64,000 nucleotides of DNA, taken from NCBI GenBank assembly GCA_963833425.1, contig CAWHXP010000007.1, positions 64,001 to 128,000 on the forward strand, written 5' to 3'. The position numbers and the translations under genes were made by a program. This DNA comes from an uncultured Methanosarcinaceae archaeon. Its GTDB lineage: Archaea; Halobacteriota; Methanosarcinia; Methanosarcinales; Methanosarcinaceae. Positions 62,960 to 64,000 of this stretch are shown here, piece by piece. The notes beneath the pieces are model-generated. The model had not been told where the DNA came from, made no database searches, and saw nothing but the letters and a program-made list of their open reading frames with translations. The first letter of the stretch is position 1. Each line of letters starts with the position of its first letter.

Positions 62960-64000
62960 ATGCTCATGTTACTTTCTATACAGAAGAGTAGTAGCTAAGA
63001 GCTTCAGTGCAGCTAAAATGGTAGATTCAGTAATAATAATATTAAAGCAATCAAGATCAGTACATTTGGGTAAGTTTATAGACGTAACTTTATCAATTTC
63101 CATGAATTTATTATATTTAGTGTTTCAGGGTCGTCATGCCAACAGCGTGCAACTTCTACAACAGCAACTTTTCTTACTAAAAATATCTACTTTTAGCTAA
63201 AAGCTCTATAAAGACCGAAAATAAGTATGTGTCCTTTGGCTGATGTTTTCTTAAGATTAAAATGCCCAAAAAACTGGAGTATCCGTTATCATTTATTTTA
63301 ATATGCACTTCTTTATATAATTCTTCTGATTTTGAATTTACTCCGGATACAAATTCTGCCCACGCAATGTTAAGTTCTAGATCCGAATAGCGAGAGCTAA
63401 AAAAATGATGTCGCTTATAAATCTGACTTCGAGAAAACTTGTTAATAACAATATCATGATGAGGCCATTTTTCACCTACCAGCTTCGAGGATGGAACAAC
63501 TTCTTCAGCAAGAAATTGATAAATATTTTCTGTCCAGCGGACCATTTCAAACAGTTTGAGTACTCTTTTAAGTAGTTTCTTTGCTGTTTCTTAAATGAAT
63601 TTGGATTTCGAAGTTCACTAAGACATTTGATTGCTAAAGAAATTTCAAAGTATGTCTATTACCAAAATACTGAGGGCCATAAACTTGTATCAAGCATTTG
63701 ATAATATCGCAACAAGTTTTTCTTTCATGCACATATAAGTCTTAGAACCTTATGCCAGGTGAGATTTTCCCAGTATTTTGTATAGTAACCTTTTTTGAGA
63801 TCTTCAATGTTAAGTTTTTGATAATTGAATTTTTCAACAACAATTTTTGCACAGAAATATTCAAGAAATGTACGGTGGAAAAAACCGAAATAATTTGCCC
63901 CATAAAGACAAATAACAAAATTCCGATTTCTTAAATGTTAATAAGAGATCGGGCTATATATTTGCTTTATCAGGTTCTTTCTGAAAACAATCACGTAAAT
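62960..64000 (-). pseudogene. NACHT (STAND) NTPase C-terminal region with HEAT-like repeat, disrupted; continues beyond the window
   Basis: RNRNFVICLYGANYFGFFHRTFLEYFCAK (winged-helix FxHxxFxEYF motif), WHKVLRLICA*, VRKVAVVEVARWHDDPETL; stops and frameshifts. Confidence 0.7.

Overview
A 64-kb chromosomal segment from a Methanosarcina-like methanogenic archaeon. Markers include methanogenesis marker 12, HdrB, geranylgeranyl reductase, aIF-1A, prefoldin beta, LeuD/LeuB, PaaK, an M42 peptidase and DUF1616/CPBP. The window is heavily eroded: summing the genes I call intact gives only about 24.5 kb (~38% coding). The rest is AT-rich spacer, decayed IS5, IS6 and IS110 elements, MITE-like repeats and pseudogenes (C1A protease, type IIG-like RM C-terminus, NACHT-HEAT NTPase, MFS protein, hdrC). 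Main observations: (1) three dispersed genes share a gaplessly alignable 32-aa secretion leader, two of them also a near-identical 28-nt 5' motif, yet carry unrelated repetitive cores (a 15-Cys Gly-rich peptide, a 41x GxGNx pentapeptide repeat with a His/Lys tail, and a duplicated ~38-aa unit); (2) hdrB is intact while its partner hdrC is destroyed; (3) two dead IS5 copies, nearly identical and inverted, bracket a 4.6-kb housekeeping block; (4) an IS6-bounded island carries an arylsulfatase and an iteron-like array next to a winged-helix gene. No rRNA, tRNA or CRISPR array was seen. Product calls come from motif recognition by eye, without database searches, and pseudogene and IS boundaries are approximate.
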